This document shows positions 60,701 to 64,000 of a stretch of 64,000 bases of DNA, one piece after another. How positions within the stretch are numbered: the first letter of the stretch is position 1; the number at the start of each line of letters is the position of its first letter. Below the pieces are notes generated by a model, which worked only from the letters and a program-made list of their open reading frames with translations, did not search any database and was not told where the DNA came from. Both the position numbers and the translations under genes were made by a program. The stretch is from Eledone cirrhosa (taxonomy: Eukaryota), in assembly GCA_964016885.1 (NCBI GenBank), contig OZ024750.1:37758001-37822000 (forward strand), given 5' to 3'.

Positions 60701-63700
60701 GGCTAACCTGTACACTGTATGTGATGTACCATGAAGCTATAGCTAACCTATACACTGTATGTGATGTACCATGAAGCTATGACTAACCTTTACACTGTCT
60801 GTGATGTACCATGAAGCTATGACTAACCTGTACACTGTATGTGATGTACCATGAAGCTATGGCTAACCTGTACACTGTATGTGATGTACCATGAAGCTAT
60901 GACTAACCTGTACACTGTATGTGATGTACCATGAAGCTATGGCTAACCTGTACACTGTATGTGATATACCATGAAGCTATGTCTAACCTGTACACTGTAT
61001 GTGATGTACCATGAAGCTATGGCTAACCTGTACACTGTATGTGATGTACCATGAAGCTATGACTAACCTTTACACTGTATGTGATGTACCATGAAGCTAT
61101 GACTAACCTGTACACTGTATGTGATGTACCATGAAGCTATAGCTAACCTGTACACTGTATGTGATGTACCATGAAGCTATGGCTAACCTGTACACTGTAT
61201 GTGATGTACCATGAAGCTATGACTAACCTGTACACTGTATATGATGTACCATGAAGCTATGACTAACCTGTACACTGAATGTGATGTACCATGAAGCTAT
61301 GACTAACATGTACACTGTATGTGATGTACCATGAAGCTATGACTAACCTGTACACTGTATGTGATGTACCATGAAGCTATGCTAACCTGTACACTGTATG
61401 TGATGTACCATGAAGCTATGGCTAACCTGTACAATGTATGTGATGTACCATGAAGCTTTGACTAACCTATACACTGTATGTGATGTACCATGAAGCTATG
61501 ACTAACCTGTACACTGTATGTGATGTACCATGAAGCTATGGCTAACCTGTACACTGTATGTGATGTACCATGAAGCTATGACTAACCTGTACACTGTATG
61601 TGATGTACCATGAAGCTATGGCTAACCTGTACACTGTATGTGATGTACCATGAAGCTATAGCTAACCTGTACACTGTATGTGATGTACCATGAAGCTATG
61701 GCTAACCTGTACACTGTATGTGATGTACCATGAAGCCATGACTAACCTGTACACTGTATATGATGTACCATGAAGCTATGACTAACCTTTACACTGTATG
61801 TGATGTACCATGAAGCTATGGCTAACATGTACACTGTATGTGATGTACCATGAAGCTATGACTAACCTGTACACTGTATGTGATGTACCATGAAGCTATG
61901 GCTAACCTGTACACTGTATGTGATGTACCCTGAAGTTATGACTAACCTGTACACTGTATGTGATGTTCCATGAAGTTATGACTAACATGTACACTGTATG
62001 TGATGTACCATGAAGCTATGACTAACCTGTACACTGTATGTGATGTACCATGAATCTATGGCTAACCTGTACACTGTATGTGATGTACCGTGAAGCTATG
62101 ACTAACCTATACGCTCTATGTGATGTACCATGAAGCTATGTCTAACCTGTACACCGTATGTGATGTACCATGAAGCTATGACTAACCTATACACTGTATG
62201 TGATGTACCAGGAAGCTATGACAAACCTGTACCCTGTATGCGATGTACCATGAAGCTATGACTAACCTATACACTGTATGTGATGTACCATGCAGCTATG
62301 ACTAACCTGTACACTGTATGTGATGTACCATGAAGCTATGGCTAACCTGTACACTGTATGTGATGTACCATGAAGCTATGGCTAACCTGTACACTGTATG
62401 TGATGTACCATGAAGTTATAGCTAACCTGTACACTGTATGTGATGTACTATGAAGCTATGACTAATCTGTACACTGTATGTGATGTACCATGAAGCTATG
62501 ACTAATCTGTACACTGTATGTGATGTAACATGAAGCTTTAGCTAACCTGTACACTGTATGTGATGTACCATGAAGCTATGACTAACCTATACACTGTATG
62601 TGATGTACCATGAAGCTATAGCTAACCTATACACTGTATGTGATGTACCATGGAGTTATAGCTAACATGTACACTGTATGTGATGTACCATGAAGCTATG
62701 ACTAATCTGTACACTGTATGTGATGTACCATGAAGCTATAGCTAACCGGTACACTGTATGTGATGTACCATGAAGCTATGACTAACCTGTACACTGTATG
62801 TGATGTACCATGAAGCTATGACTAACCTGTACACTGTCTGTGATGTACCATGAAGCTATAGCTAACCTATACACTCTATGTGATGTACCATGAAACTATG
62901 ACTAACCTGTACACTGTATGTGATGTACCATGAAGCTATGGCTAACCTGTACACTGTATGTGATGTAACATGAAGCTATAGCTAACCTGTACACTGTATG
63001 TGATGTACCATGAAGCTATGACTAACCTGTACACTGTATGTGATGTACCATGAAGCTATGACTAACCTGTACACTGTATGTGATGTACCATGAAGCTATG
63101 GCTAACCTGTACACTGTATGTGATGTACCATGAACCTATGGCTAACCTGTACACTGTATGTGATGTACCATGAAGTTATGACTAACATGTACACTGTATG
63201 TGATGTACCATGAAGCTATGGCTAACCTGTACACTGTATGTGATGTACCATGAAGCTATAGCTAGCCTATACACTGTATGTGATGTACCATGAAGCTATG
63301 ACTAACCTGTACACTGTATGTGATGTACCATGAAGCTATGACTAACCTATACACTGTATGTGATGTACCATGAAGCTATGACTAACCTGTACACTGAATG
63401 TGATGTACCATGAAGCTATGACTACCATGTACACTGTATGTGATGTACCATGAAGCTATGCTAACCTGTACACTGTATGTGATGTACCATGAAGCTATGG
63501 CTAACCTGTACAATGTATGTGATGTACCATGAAGCTATGACTAACCTATACACTGTATGTGATGTACCATGAAGCTATGACTAACCTGTACACTGTATGT
63601 GATGTACCATGAAGCTATGGCTAACCTGTACACTGTATGTGATGTACCATGAAGCTATGACTAACCTGTACACTGTATGTGATGTACCATGAAGCTATGG

Positions 63701-64000
63701 CTAACCTGTACACTGTATGTGATGTACCATGAAGCTATGACTAATCTGTACACTGTATGTGATGTAACATGAAGCTATAGCTAACCTGTACACTGTATGT
63801 GATGTACCATGAAGCTATGACTAACCTATACACTGTATGTGATGTACCATGAAGCTATAGCTAACCTGTACACTGTATGTGATGTACCATGAAGTTATAG
63901 CTAACCTGTACACTGTATGTGATGTACCATGAAGCTATGACTAATCTGTACACTGTATGTGATGTACCATGAAGCTATAGCTAACCCGTACACTGTATGT
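53500..64000 (+). repeat. Duplication of about 53.5-57.4 kb to about 60.0-64.0 kb (offset 6,518-6,598 bp)
   Basis: GTGTGATGTACG 53561/60079, 39-mer 54861/61379 and ACGCTCT 55593/62111 are offset by 6518. GACAAACC, AAGCTTTAG, CATGGAG and ACTACCATG are also shared. The offset becomes +6558 (39-mers 56900/63458) and then +6598 (CTAACCCG 57383/63981), through single extra monomers. Confidence 0.9.

Larger units (their letters stand above)
641..62540 (+). repeat. Irregular higher-order repeat marked by a recurrent cassette of about 13 variant monomers (17 copies)
   Basis: The ordered variants GAATCT, CCGTG (or CCGGG), TATACACTCT, ATGTCT (usually with CACCGT), CATGCAG, AAGTT-ATAG, CTATG, AATC x2 and ACATG recur together. 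The CCG marker is at 711, 3590, 7189, 11868, 16306, 20302, 22141, 27299, 31978, 36376, 39654, 40534, 44173, 47612, 55570, 58809 and 62088. Confidence 0.9.
2321..63496 (+). repeat. 39-bp deletion monomer (ATGCTAACC...), 24 dispersed copies
   Basis: Starts at 2321, 6120, 9719, 14598, 15597, 18836, 19195, 19714, 20073, 20952, 24671, 26110, 29829, 34668, 35667, 39066, 39425, 43464, 46903, 49342, 54861, 56900, 61379 and 63458. Each shifts the register by 1 bp and is followed by an ATGG monomer carrying TGTACAATGT (C17A). Confidence 0.95.
1..64000 (+). repeat. Tandem satellite array of a 40-bp monomer, consensus ATG(A/G)CTAACCTGTACACTGTATGTGATGTACCATGAAGCT; 1,600 full monomers plus a partial; single orientation; extends beyond both window ends
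   Basis: The 40-bp period is directly visible on every line, with usually 0-2 substitutions per monomer. The first monomer starts at 1 and the last (partial) at 63977. The 24-bp phase shift between them equals the 24 observed 39-bp monomers: (63976+24)/40 = 1600. Confidence 0.99.

Noticed and set aside
1-64000. CRISPR array (repeat length is in the CRISPR range)
   Set aside because: Monomers abut directly with no unique spacers, and there is no leader or cas gene.
1-64000. Long repetitive CDS or a rolling-circle style endless ORF across monomers
   Set aside because: The unit is 40 bp, so frames rotate and any reading meets a stop within about three monomers: TGA at 34-36 and TAA at 6-8 on the + strand, and TAG in GGTTAG and CATAG on the - strand. 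Consensus ORFs stay under about 40 codons.
1-64000. Sequencing or amplification concatemer, or a synthetic repeat
   Set aside because: Variants are inherited in nested, lineage-like blocks and only one indel type is seen. This fits evolutionary duplication, not random errors on a single template. Individual perfect duplications could still be assembly errors.
1-64000. Transposon-embedded tandem repeat, or tRNA/rRNA/snRNA gene array
   Set aside because: No element termini, flanks or target-site duplications are in the window. The 40-bp unit is too short for these RNAs and lacks their motifs.

Overview
The whole 64,000-bp window is one uninterrupted, head-to-tail tandem array of a 40-bp satellite/minisatellite monomer. 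The consensus is ATG(A/G)CTAACCTGTACACTGTATGTGATGTACCATGAAGCT (about 40% GC, no CpG), present as 1,600 complete monomers plus a 24-bp partial. Both array ends lie outside the window. I saw no genes, RNA genes, transposons, CRISPR spacers, inversions or unique sequence. The informative signal lies in how monomer variants are arranged. (1) All net length variation comes from one 39-bp deletion monomer, found 24 times and always followed by the same SNP monomer. (2) An irregular higher-order repeat (HOR) of roughly 80-130 monomers is marked by a fixed cassette of variants that occurs 17 times in three sub-lineages. (3) Nested duplications of about 0.24, 0.28, 0.88, 1.6, 3.6, 5.2, 6.5 and 20 kb are visible. 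(4) A block near the window start reappears 58,098 bp later. The monomer also carries splice-signal-like motifs, short dyads and a tiny ORF, which are reported only as speculative leads. The architecture is typical of eukaryotic heterochromatic satellite DNA, but the organism and satellite family cannot be identified from the sequence alone, and I cannot support a claim of a novel biological system. All counts and offsets were read by eye and need computational confirmation.
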